A DNA stretch of 64,000 nt from Candidatus Multivoradales bacterium (lineage in GTDB: Bacteria; Acidobacteriota; Thermoanaerobaculia; Multivoradales; Multivoraceae). The stretch lies in the NCBI GenBank assembly GCA_965223325.1, contig CBDCWI010000002.1:1696001-1760000 (forward strand). The letters are read 5' to 3'. Below, piece by piece: positions 37,765-46,941 of the stretch. The notes beneath the pieces were generated by a model that made no database searches, had not been told where the DNA came from, and was given only the letters and a program-made list of their open reading frames with translations. How positions within the stretch are numbered: the stretch's first letter is position 1; each line of letters opens with the position of its first letter. Position numbers and translations under genes: made by a program.

Positions 37765-38298
37765 TCAGCCCTGGCCCGGACCGCCGGGTCCGCCGCGGCG
37801 CCCCCGCGGACCACCACGCCGACCGTGCTTGCCGCGGCGCCCTCCTCTACCCTCACGCAGGGTTTCGAACTTGATCCGCTGCTCGTCGTCGAGGAGAGCC
37901 GTCAGGTCAGTCTGAAGCGCCTCGTGCGCCGACTTCATTTCCTCACGCAGGGCGCGTCCCTGGAGCTGGAGTTCGCCGATCGCGGTTGCATCGTTGCTCG
38001 ACTCGAGCGCTTCGCGAGTCGCCTCACGGTTGGCCTGCATCCGTTCGCGAAGCGGCTCAGTGACAGCGCGGTGCGCCTCGTGGATTTCGTTCCAGGCTTC
38101 CTGCTGGTCTTCGCTCAGGTCGAGGATCTCGAACAGCCGCGCCTGATGCTTCAGAGCGCGTGCTTCGTGGTTGCCACGCTCACCGCGACGACCTTCTGGC
38201 GGTTGCGCGGTGGCAGCGGTTGCAACGGTGGAAAGAAACAGAAGGGCGGCGCAGGCGAAGGCGCCGCTACGAGGCGTTCTGAAGCGATGGATGTTCAT
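37765..38298 (-). CDS. Spy/CpxP-like periplasmic protein
   Basis: Signal peptide, LDLSEDQ and LDDEQ (LTxxQ-like) motifs, helical, Gly/Arg tail. Confidence 0.8.
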   Translation of the reverse strand: MNIHRFRTPRSGAFACAALLFLSTVATAATAQPPEGRRGERGNHEARALKHQARLFEILDLSEDQQEAWNEIHEAHRAVTEPLRERMQANREATREALESSNDATAIGELQLQGRALREEMKSAHEALQTDLTALLDDEQRIKFETLREGRGGRRGKHGRRGGPRGRRGGPGGPGQG

Positions 38299-38389
38299 GT
38301 CGGGTCTCCTTGGGTTGTCTTCGAAAGGGGCGTTTCCCCATCGTCTGAATGAGAATACGGAGACTGGCGAGAACGTTGGTTCAGAAACA

Positions 38390-38417
38390 GAAAGCGATTG
38401 GTAAGCGGTCTGTAAGG
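38390..38417. promoter_or_regulatory. Predicted OmpR-family direct-repeat box
   Basis: GAAAG (38390), GTAAG (38401), GTAAGG (38412) at an 11-bp period. Confidence 0.55.
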
Positions 38418-38428
38418 CTGTCGGGACC

Positions 38429-39598
38429 TCATGGGTTGCCAGGCGAAGCCGGGTCTTCGACTTCTACCGCGGCTGTCGCGAAGCCGCCGCCTGGCCGCCT
38501 CACGTAGCGGGCATCGAAGAACCTGACCAGGGCTCCATCGTCATCGGCCGCAGCTTCAACTGTTGCCCACGGGAACCGGGCCCAGCCTACGAAGCCCGCC
38601 ACACAAGGATCGCGCCAGGCGCGGGCGACGATGGTGTGTGAGTCTCGAAGCGCGACCGGTTCGATGACGTCCGATTCGAGCACAAGACTCGGCTCGGGAA
38701 GCCAGGAGAACCGAGCGAAGCGGTAGCCGTCGACGGTTCGGGCAACAACTTCGCGTTCGAACGGGGTCACCGGAACCGGCGCCACCATCAACCGGCTGGC
38801 CTCCGGATAGGTGGCCGAGTCGACCAGCTGCACGCCACGACGGTCGAGTTCATTGAGGGTGAGAAGGCGCGCCGTCCGACCGGCAAAGAGCATCGAAGCG
38901 ATGTAGACCACGAAGAACGACAGCGCGAGGGCTGCCAGTCGACCGCGGCGATCGGTCCCAATGTCTGGGGAGTCCGCCTGCTTCATAGCGCCTCGTCGCA
39001 GGTTCCGGTCCAGCCACACCACCACTAGAAGCGCCACGAGCCACAGGAGCCTTGCCCAGCCGGGCGCCGCGACCATCACTGGAACCGTTGCGAGCGCGGC
39101 GGCCACTGCAGCCGTGCGTCGCAAGCGCGGCGAAAGGTCACTGCCAAGAAAGACCGCCGCACCTAGGGCCCACCACATCCAGGGGTCAACGATGAACACC
39201 GCATCGGCCTGGAACCAACTGCGATCGAACGGCATGAGGAGACGCACCCCGTAGGTGTTGAGCCAATCAAGGGCCGGGTGGCTAAGGACGCCTAGAGTCG
39301 TCAGACCGGTCCAGGCAAGGAGCGGCGCTTTGGTGGCACCACCAAAGCGCTTCTTTCGCCGGTGCCAGAGAACGAGCGCCAGCAGCTGCAGGCCGATCAA
39401 GAGCAGCCAGCCCAGCGGGCCGTGAGTGAAACCGCGCCGGAGCAGGAGTGCTGCATCCGAGCCCAGGAGGTAGGTCAGAGCATCGATGTCGGGCAGGTTC
39501 GCCGCACTGACCAGGACGACGGTCGCGGCTGGAACCTTGCGGGCCCATGGGGTCCGCGACACCGCCGCCCCGAACAGAGAGTGAGCGATCGGATCCAT
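38429..39598 (-). CDS. Membrane-bound metal-dependent hydrolase (YdjM-like)
   Basis: MDPIAH, NLPDID, RGFTH, SHPALDWLNTYG, IVDP. Confidence 0.85.
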   Translation of the reverse strand: MDPIAHSLFGAAVSRTPWARKVPAATVVLVSAANLPDIDALTYLLGSDAALLLRRGFTHGPLGWLLLIGLQLLALVLWHRRKKRFGGATKAPLLAWTGLTTLGVLSHPALDWLNTYGVRLLMPFDRSWFQADAVFIVDPWMWWALGAAVFLGSDLSPRLRRTAAVAAALATVPVMVAAPGWARLLWLVALLVVVWLDRNLRRGAMKQADSPDIGTDRRGRLAALALSFFVVYIASMLFAGRTARLLTLNELDRRGVQLVDSATYPEASRLMVAPVPVTPFEREVVARTVDGYRFARFSWLPEPSLVLESDVIEPVALRDSHTIVARAWRDPCVAGFVGWARFPWATVEAAADDDGALVRFFDARYVRRPGGGFATAAVEVEDPASPGNP

Positions 39599-39633
39599 GG
39601 CCGGAGACTAGCCCGCCCTCTCAGCGGACCAAA

Positions 39634-39650
39634 GTAAGTTCGTCGTAAGG
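39634..39650. promoter_or_regulatory. Predicted OmpR-family direct-repeat box (second copy)
   Basis: GTAAG-N6-GTAAGG between the divergent hydrolase and kinase genes. Confidence 0.55.
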
Positions 39651-39679
39651 CAGGGCATCGAACCCACCCTAGATTGCTA

Positions 39680-41434
39680 ATGTTCAGCGTGATGTCGAAC
39701 TTCGGACAGCTGCGTTTTCTCGGCCTGCCCCTTGCTCTAGCTGCACTCCTGCTCGCAGCTGCCTTTCTGCAGTACCGCTGGCTCGGGGAGATCAGTCGCG
39801 CTGACCGCGAGCGCCTCCACGCCGATCTCTCCCATTCCACTCGCTCGCTAGCGACCGAACTCGAACGCGAGGTGGGTCGTCTCCGGCTGGCCATGGCGGC
39901 CGGATCGCTGCATCGTCCGCCACGCGGTTCAGAGGACGCGAGGCGCCGCAGGCCGGGGCCGCTCACGGTCGCAAAAGGTATCTCCAGCTGGCAACAACGA
40001 TCACGCTGGCCCGAGATGCTCAAGGGGGTCTACCTCCTCGAGACCGGTCGCGACGGCTCACGTCTTGCGAAGTTCACCGACGATGAAACTCCACGACTCG
40101 AACCGATTGAGCCGGCGAACGCACCGCCGGCGATCAAGAAAGCACTGGCGAAGCTACGCGAAAGCGGCCGCGGCAGGCAGGCACACGAGATATTCAATCG
40201 CCAACCGGTGCTCGAAGGCCCGATCGTCATCGGGCCACCAGTCCCCGTCGGGCGTACGGGCCGGCGACGCGGTTTCCCCATCGCGCTCCTCGACCGCAAC
40301 GTCATGGCGAGCGAGGTCATCCCCCAGCTGGTCGCCCAGCACTTCGGCGACGGAGAAACGCGTCGCTACGACCTTGTGGTTGCGACCGCTACCGGCGAGG
40401 AGCTCTTCGCGCTCGGTCAGGTCGACGACCCGGACGCCAGCGTCGACCTGCTCACGGTGCGGCGCGGAGCAGGCCTCGGGGCGGGCGAGCGCCCCGGAGG
40501 TAGGCACGGTCGCCTCGCAGACCGTGATGCCGAAATCCCACTGCGCGGTGAGCACGGTATCTGGACCCTCGTGGCCCAGCACCGCGCCGGGTCGCTCGAC
40601 GCGGTGGTCGATCGCGCGCGGCAAAGGAACGCGGCGATTGGGCTTCTGATCCTCGGGCTGATGGGGGCGACTTCGCTTCTCCTGGTGCGCTCCGAGCGCC
40701 GCGCTCGCCACATGGCGCAGCAGCAGGCCGAGCTGGTGGCAGGAATCACGCACGAGCTGCACACTCCGCTCGCCGCCATCCGCGCCGCCGGTCAGAACCT
40801 TGCTGACGGTGTCGTTCAGGAACCGGAACGCGTTTCAAGCTACGGTGAGCTCATCATGCGCGAGGGGCAGAGGCTATCGACCCTCGTCTCGCAGTCGCTC
40901 GACTTTGCCGGGATCGTCGGAGAAAGGCGAACCCTCAACCTCGAAGAACTCGAGCTCGAGCCACTCCTCACAGCGGCGGCTGAAAGCGTCACCTGGCTGG
41001 CCGAAGAGCGAGGCAGCCGCGTCAGAGTTGAAGCCAGTGACGACCTGCCTCCGCTTCGAGCCGACCACGACGCATTGCGGCGTGCTCTGACCAACTTGTT
41101 GGTCAACGCCCTCAAGTACGGTCCCGATAGCCAGCGGGTAACTCTGAGAGCGCGAAGCGACGGTGCCCACCGGGTCTACCTCGAGGTCGAGGATCAGGGT
41201 CCGGGAATCCCTGCCGGCGAACGCGGGGCTGCCTTCGAACCCTTTGCCCGTGGAAAGGGCGCCCAGCACAACACGGTTCCCGGGAGCGGCCTTGGCCTGG
41301 CAATCGTCGAGCGCACGGTCCTCGACCACGGGGGGACCGTCGCCATTCACGATGGACGGACCGGCGACTCCGAGAACCCGGGTTGTGTGGTGTCGATTCG
41401 CCTACCTGCTGAGCTGCCCATGGAAGACGGGTGA
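39680..41434 (+). CDS. Sensor histidine kinase
   Basis: Two TM segments, THELHTPL, NLLVNALKY, DQGPGI, GSGLGL; start uncertain. Confidence 0.92.
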   Translation: MFSVMSNFGQLRFLGLPLALAALLLAAAFLQYRWLGEISRADRERLHADLSHSTRSLATELEREVGRLRLAMAAGSLHRPPRGSEDARRRRPGPLTVAKGISSWQQRSRWPEMLKGVYLLETGRDGSRLAKFTDDETPRLEPIEPANAPPAIKKALAKLRESGRGRQAHEIFNRQPVLEGPIVIGPPVPVGRTGRRRGFPIALLDRNVMASEVIPQLVAQHFGDGETRRYDLVVATATGEELFALGQVDDPDASVDLLTVRRGAGLGAGERPGGRHGRLADRDAEIPLRGEHGIWTLVAQHRAGSLDAVVDRARQRNAAIGLLILGLMGATSLLLVRSERRARHMAQQQAELVAGITHELHTPLAAIRAAGQNLADGVVQEPERVSSYGELIMREGQRLSTLVSQSLDFAGIVGERRTLNLEELELEPLLTAAAESVTWLAEERGSRVRVEASDDLPPLRADHDALRRALTNLLVNALKYGPDSQRVTLRARSDGAHRVYLEVEDQGPGIPAGERGAAFEPFARGKGAQHNTVPGSGLGLAIVERTVLDHGGTVAIHDGRTGDSENPGCVVSIRLPAELPMEDG

Positions 41435-41487
41435 TGCGGTCATCACACACCCTCCCCTCTCTAGACTCGCTACCCGCTGCTCAGAGT

Positions 41488-41949
41488 TCACTCGATGACG
41501 CTGGGCCAGTTGCGATCCGCAGCTTCAATGAGTGTCAGCATGTCAGCCTGCCACTTCTCCTGGATCTTGGCGTTGTAGTTGAGGTAGAGCTTGCCGTCAT
41601 GAAGCGTGAAGGCCTCGGGGTCGATGCCTGCCGTTTTCCCTTGGCTCACCGCCCAGGCACAGTATCCGCCGTACTGCGGCGCAAAGCGCTCAGGCTCCTT
41701 CTCGAAGCGAGCGCGTCGGTCCGCGGTCGAGAAACGCCAGACAGCCCCCATCCACTCATAGGTGATCTTCTTCGACCCTTTGATCGCGCGTTCCTCGTCG
41801 AAGTAGGCGACCGGGTCGAAACCCTCAATCGCCACGCTGCCGAACAAGGTCTGGTTGATTGGGTCTTCGGCTGCTGCGGGTCCCGCCGCAAGCACAGCGA
41901 CGAAGGCAAGAAGCAGCACGTACTTGGTCATCATCGCGCGGTTCATCAT
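41488..41949 (-). CDS. YHS-domain (seleno)protein family member, Cys form, secreted
   Basis: GFDPVAYF, PQYGGYCAW (TGT codon), DGKLYLNY, ADRNW. Confidence 0.85.
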   Translation of the reverse strand: MMNRAMMTKYVLLLAFVAVLAAGPAAAEDPINQTLFGSVAIEGFDPVAYFDEERAIKGSKKITYEWMGAVWRFSTADRRARFEKEPERFAPQYGGYCAWAVSQGKTAGIDPEAFTLHDGKLYLNYNAKIQEKWQADMLTLIEAADRNWPSVIE

Positions 41950-41993
41950 TCTGTTTCCTCTTCTCCTGCCGTCGGCAGGAAGGTTGTTGGATC

Positions 41994-42683
41994 TTGAAGA
42001 AACCTCATCTTCTACTGGTCGAAGACGAGCCGAGTCTGGTTATCACCCTCAGCGACCGACTCAAGTCTGAGGGCTACCGGGTGAAGTCGGTCCGCGACGG
42101 CGCCCTAGCCCTCGAGCTGGCGACCGAAAAAGACTTTGATCTCATCCTGCTCGACGTCCAGCTTCCTAGCTTAGACGGCTTCGACGTCTGCCGCGATCTG
42201 CGTCAACGCGGTCGGCAGATGCCCATATTGATGCTTACGGCGCGCAGCCAGGTTCCGGATCGGGTCGTCGGCCTGAAACTCGGGGCCGATGACTACGTCA
42301 CCAAGCCCTTCGAGATGCTCGAGCTGATGGCGCGCATCGAAGCTCTCTTGCGCCGCAGTCGGCTCGAGCCGGAAGAGGAGCTCGAGAGCTTCGCCTTCGG
42401 CGAGGTCGAAGTCGACTTTCGCGCCGCAGAAGTCAAACGAGGAGGCGAAAAGATCGAACTCTCCGCCCGCGAATTCGACCTCTTGCGCTTTTTCGTCGAG
42501 AACCGGGGCGCCGCGGTCACCCGCGACCGCCTGCTCGACGAGGTCTGGGGCTGGGACACCAGCACCCAGACTCGCACCGTCGACGTGCACGTTTCCCAGC
42601 TTCGTCACAAGATCGAACCCGACCCAGCAAACCCGAAGTTCCTGGTGACCGTCCGCGGAAGGGGCTACCGCTTCTCCGCGTGA
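41994..42683 (+). CDS. OmpR-family response regulator
   Basis: LVEDE, LLDV, GADDYVTKPF, RTVDVH, TVRGRGY; TTG start inferred. Confidence 0.92.
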   Translation: MKKPHLLLVEDEPSLVITLSDRLKSEGYRVKSVRDGALALELATEKDFDLILLDVQLPSLDGFDVCRDLRQRGRQMPILMLTARSQVPDRVVGLKLGADDYVTKPFEMLELMARIEALLRRSRLEPEEELESFAFGEVEVDFRAAEVKRGGEKIELSAREFDLLRFFVENRGAAVTRDRLLDEVWGWDTSTQTRTVDVHVSQLRHKIEPDPANPKFLVTVRGRGYRFSA

Positions 42684-42806
42684 CCGCGCACCAGCCAGCA
42701 GGCACATCTTCCCCGCCGCGATCGCAGAACCACCGTGACTTGTGGCGGGAAAGTCGCTCCGACTGCGGAGGACACGGCCGGCGTACCTGGGCGGTTGGCC
42801 GCCTGT

Positions 42807-44540
42807 CTAGCCGCCGGCGCCCGTTGCGGCTGCGCTAGCCGACAGGTGAGGCAGAGCCTCGAAAGGCCGGCCCTTGCCACGCATCTCGTCGAGGGTTTCC
42901 GCTGTCACGTCGCGACCGAAAAATGCTTCGCCAACGAAGCCGCCGCTCTCACTCGGATGGGCGACGAAGCCGATTGGCATACGGGTGCCGCCACCGGAAG
43001 TGATCAACGAACCGTTGAAGACGATCTCCTCACCAACCTTCTCGAAATGAGGGATCGAGGTCGAGAACATCAGGCTGCCGAGGGTGAGGTAGAAGTCGCC
43101 TTCGCCCTGTTCGGGAATGGTCAGCCCCATCGGACCGCCGAAACCCATGCCGTCGATTGTCAAGAGCATCGGACGATCACTCGGTGGGTGACGGTCGAGT
43201 AGCTTCTTGATCGTGACCTCGGAGCGCACCGGCTTCGGCTTCTTGCCCTCGTCGACGATGAAGTTGATGAACGCCACCAACATCTCGTTGTTGGTGCCAT
43301 CGCCCCAGGGCACGTCGAGCGTTGGGTCAGGGTTGCCAGGGTTCTTGGCCGAGTTGTCCCACACGGCCTCGACACGCATGACGGAGCCGGCCGGTGCCTT
43401 CACCGGCTCTTCGAACTCGTAGATGTTCTGCCAGTCATAGTCGTACTCGGGAACCGACAGCACGACCTCTTCGCTCCCGTCAGGACGTTCGAGGGTGTAC
43501 GCCATGGCCTTGCCACGGTTGTGCATATGTGGCAGAAGCGAGAGGATCGATGAATCCTGCGTGAACATGTACAACGCCTCTTCGTGATGCTCGCCTGCAC
43601 CGGCTGGAATGAACATCCCGGGGTCGGCAGCGAAGGCGGTGGTGATCTCCTTTTCCATTTCGCCTTCGCCGAAGTAGATGCCGAGCTTCGACGCGTCGGT
43701 GCCGGCGGTACCACTCGGGTGGTAGTGCATGTTGAACGAAATCAGCTCGTTGGCCTTCAGCGGATGACCCGAGCCTGGCGCAAACTCGGAGGGCGGGCTG
43801 CCTGCCACCCACACGCCGCCGATACGCGGTGCCTCGGCCATGCCGACCTGACGCTTGGCGCGCTCGTTGAGATAGATCAGCGAATTCACGCCGGCGTTCG
43901 ACGACTCCTCGCTGTCTTCGTCAATGCCGAATGGTCCGAGGTAGGTGACCACGTGGTGCAACACGTCGGTATTGCCCGGCAGAAGCTCAATCGCCTGCAC
44001 CCACTTCGAGGACGGTACCTCCATGCCGTAGACCTGGGTGACAAAGAGATCGGGACCGCCGGCTGGCACATCCACCGGCGCCAGCTCGACGACATAGTCA
44101 GGCTCACGACCCAGGCGCCAGCTACCCGCCTCCGGCAGCGCCGGTGGTGTCGGCAGGGCTGCTGGATCTCCCTCGAGCGCTCCCTGTTCGACCCAGCGCG
44201 CCACCACCTCGACCTCCTCATCGCTCAGGCTGATGTCGTTCGAGAAACGACCATGACGAGGGTCGGCATCCCAGGGGGGCATGTCCCGCGACATGACGGC
44301 CTTGCGAATCGACTTCGCCCACGGTCGCGCTTCTTCGAAGGTCAGAAGCGACATCGGTGCAACGTCGTTGGGGCGATGGCAGCTGACACAGTGGCCGTAG
44401 AAGATCGGCGCGACGTGCTCGGTGAAGGTAATGTCTTCTTCGGCGGTGAGAAGAGCCGGCAGCGCGAACGCGAAAAGGATCGCAAGGCGAACCAGGAAGC
44501 GGGTGGAACTGGTCGATCGAGCGAACGGATTCGGCAACAT
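42807..44540 (-). CDS. Secreted cytochrome c / PHM-like copper monooxygenase fusion (paralog 3) with C-terminal extension
   Basis: CVSCH, DMPPW; LHH, NMHYH, PHMHNRG, NEM; additional C-terminal region of well over 100 aa. Confidence 0.8.
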   Translation of the reverse strand: MLPNPFARSTSSTRFLVRLAILFAFALPALLTAEEDITFTEHVAPIFYGHCVSCHRPNDVAPMSLLTFEEARPWAKSIRKAVMSRDMPPWDADPRHGRFSNDISLSDEEVEVVARWVEQGALEGDPAALPTPPALPEAGSWRLGREPDYVVELAPVDVPAGGPDLFVTQVYGMEVPSSKWVQAIELLPGNTDVLHHVVTYLGPFGIDEDSEESSNAGVNSLIYLNERAKRQVGMAEAPRIGGVWVAGSPPSEFAPGSGHPLKANELISFNMHYHPSGTAGTDASKLGIYFGEGEMEKEITTAFAADPGMFIPAGAGEHHEEALYMFTQDSSILSLLPHMHNRGKAMAYTLERPDGSEEVVLSVPEYDYDWQNIYEFEEPVKAPAGSVMRVEAVWDNSAKNPGNPDPTLDVPWGDGTNNEMLVAFINFIVDEGKKPKPVRSEVTIKKLLDRHPPSDRPMLLTIDGMGFGGPMGLTIPEQGEGDFYLTLGSLMFSTSIPHFEKVGEEIVFNGSLITSGGGTRMPIGFVAHPSESGGFVGEAFFGRDVTAETLDEMRGKGRPFEALPHLSASAAATGAGG

Positions 44541-44872
44541 ACTGGGCACCTTGGTGGGTAGGGAGCTGAACGGAGGAGGGGCGACGAGCGAAGGCGCGAG
44601 GCCTTCGGCGGTATACATCTGGACGCCGGCGAGGGGCCGACCATCGGCCTGCCTCCGGTCGTGTTTGACGGCGGTCCTAAAGGCGATGGGGTGTCCCGGG
44701 ATCGTACGCAGCAACGCGACGCCGGGCGATCAAACAGGACACCCTATTCTAGCAGGCGGCGGTGCTATCCTTCGCCGTCTTCTGACGATCCCTTCTGACG
44801 ATCCGAGCCGCCAGGGCCAAAGACCCCTCGCCACCGGGCCGCCAAGAACCCTTCTCCCCTCAGGACCCTCCG

Positions 44873-46627
44873 ATGACCGAATCAGCAGCCGATGCCAAAG
44901 ACTCCGCCGGAGGAGAGAACCGCGACTTCATTCGCGAGATCGTGCACGAGTGGAAGGAGAACGCTGGCGGCAACGTCGCCACGCGTTTTCCTCCCGAGCC
45001 CAACGGCTACCTTCATATCGGCCACGCCAAGTCGATCTGCTTGAACTTCGGCATCGCCGAGGAGTTCGGTGGCCACTGCAACTTGCGCTTCGACGACACA
45101 AACCCGGCTGTCGAGGAAGTCGAATACGTCGACGCCATCCGCGATGACGTGCGTTGGCTGGGTTTCGAGTGGGCCGAGGAACGCTACGCCTCCGACTACT
45201 TCGACGAGCTCTATGAATGGGCGGTGCATCTGGTCGAAAACGGCGACGCCTACGTCGACAGCCTGAGCGCCGAGGAGATCCGCGACTACCGCGGTTCCTG
45301 GAACGAGCCCGGCCGCGAGAGTCCGTACCGTGATCGCCCAGTCGCCCTGAACCTCGAGCTGCTTGAGAAGATGAAGAACGGCGAGCTGGCCGAAGGGGAT
45401 GGCGTCTTGCGCGCCAGGATCGACATGGCCTCGGGCAATATGAACTTGCGCGATCCGATTCTCTACCGCATCCGGCACGAGTCGCACCACCGCACCGGCG
45501 ACACCTGGTGCATCTACCCGAGCTATGACTACGCCCACGGTCAGTCGGATGCGATCGAGGGCATCACGCACTCGTTGTGTACCCTCGAGTTCGAAGATCA
45601 TCGCCCGCTCTACGACTGGCTGCTCGAGCGGCTCCCGGTGCCGCACACTCCGCGCCAGATCGAGTTCGCGCGCCTCAAAATCACCTACACCGTGCTCTCG
45701 AAGCGCAAGTTGCTGCAGCTGGTGCGCGACGGCCACGTCGACGGCTGGGATGACCCGCGCATGCCGACGCTCTCGGGCATCCGCCGACGCGGCTACACAC
45801 CCGAGTCGTTGCGTGACTTCTGTGACCGCATCGGCATTACCAAGAACGACTCGGTGACCGACGTCGCCCTGCTCGAATACTCGCTGCGCGACCACTTGAA
45901 CCGGGTCGCGCCCCGACGCATGGGTGTCTTGCGCCCGCTCGAAGTGGTCATCGACAACTGGCCCGAAGGTCAGGTCGACTGGCTCGAGTGTGTCAACAAT
46001 CCTGAAGACGAAGGCGCCGGAACCCGCAAAGTACCCTTCACCGGCCGCTTGTTCATCGAACAGGACGACTTTCGGGAGGATCCTCCCAGGAAGTTCTTCC
46101 GCCTCGCACCCGGGCGCGAAGTGCGCTTGCGCTATGCCTACTTCATTACCTGTACCGAAGTCATCAAGAACGACGCTGGCGAAGTGACTCAGCTGCGTTG
46201 CACCTACGACCCCGAAACCCGCGGCGGTGACGCCCCCGACGGGCGTCGCGTCAAGGCGACTCTGCACTGGGTCTCGAAGGAGCATGCCATCGAGGCCGAA
46301 GTCCGGGTCTACGACCGCTTGTTCAAACACAGAACGCCCGGCTCCGGCGGCCGCGACTTCCTCGACGATCTGAACCCCGACTCGCTCGAGGTCATCCACG
46401 GCGCGCGTCTCGAACCGGCGGCTGCCGAGCTGGAGGAGATGGACCGCATTCAGCTCGAGCGCCTCGGCTACTTCTGTGTCGACCGCGACAGCACCGCCGA
46501 GCGCCCGGTGCTCAACCGCACCTCGACCCTCAAAGACACCTGGGCGAAGATCGAGAAAGCGGCGATCGAAGAAGAAAACCGCGCCCGCAAGGCGAAAGGT
46601 AAAGCGAGGGGTAAAGCGAAGAGCTAG
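44873..46627 (+). CDS. glnS: Glutamine--tRNA ligase
   Basis: [33 protein letters not shown]. Confidence 0.96.
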   Translation: MTESAADAKDSAGGENRDFIREIVHEWKENAGGNVATRFPPEPNGYLHIGHAKSICLNFGIAEEFGGHCNLRFDDTNPAVEEVEYVDAIRDDVRWLGFEWAEERYASDYFDELYEWAVHLVENGDAYVDSLSAEEIRDYRGSWNEPGRESPYRDRPVALNLELLEKMKNGELAEGDGVLRARIDMASGNMNLRDPILYRIRHESHHRTGDTWCIYPSYDYAHGQSDAIEGITHSLCTLEFEDHRPLYDWLLERLPVPHTPRQIEFARLKITYTVLSKRKLLQLVRDGHVDGWDDPRMPTLSGIRRRGYTPESLRDFCDRIGITKNDSVTDVALLEYSLRDHLNRVAPRRMGVLRPLEVVIDNWPEGQVDWLECVNNPEDEGAGTRKVPFTGRLFIEQDDFREDPPRKFFRLAPGREVRLRYAYFITCTEVIKNDAGEVTQLRCTYDPETRGGDAPDGRRVKATLHWVSKEHAIEAEVRVYDRLFKHRTPGSGGRDFLDDLNPDSLEVIHGARLEPAAAELEEMDRIQLERLGYFCVDRDSTAERPVLNRTSTLKDTWAKIEKAAIEEENRARKAKGKARGKAKS

Positions 46628-46941
46628 ACGTCGTCACGGACCGGGTGGTCGACGACGATCGCACGGCCGCCAGAGAGCACGCGCACCGAATGCGGTGCGT
46701 CGAACGGCACGATGGCAACACCGCCGGGCCCGACCCGCTCAGTGACACCGTCGACGGTGATCTCGAGCTCACCCTCGATCACGTTCCAGACCTCCTCGAC
46801 CGGGTGGTGATGCTCGTGAATCGACGAGCCTTCCTCGAACGTCCAGTAGCCGAAGGTCATCGTTTCGGAATGGAAGGTTCTGCCCCTCCACCCCGGGAGG
46901 CGTTCCCGGGTCTCGATGTCCGAAACCTCGAAGAACGTCAT
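46624..46941 (-). CDS. Cupin domain protein
   Basis: [19 protein letters not shown]. Confidence 0.85.
   Translation of the reverse strand: MTFFEVSDIETRERLPGWRGRTFHSETMTFGYWTFEEGSSIHEHHHPVEEVWNVIEGELEITVDGVTERVGPGGVAIVPFDAPHSVRVLSGGRAIVVDHPVRDDV

Noticed and set aside
41488-41949. Second selenoprotein (YHS family)
   Set aside because: The relevant codon in YGGYC is TGT (Cys); there is no in-frame TGA.
44882-46399. Long antisense ORFs (also 5432-7123, 27409-28440, 55250-56338)
   Set aside because: Shadow frames of well-supported genes, expected in high-GC DNA; no motifs.
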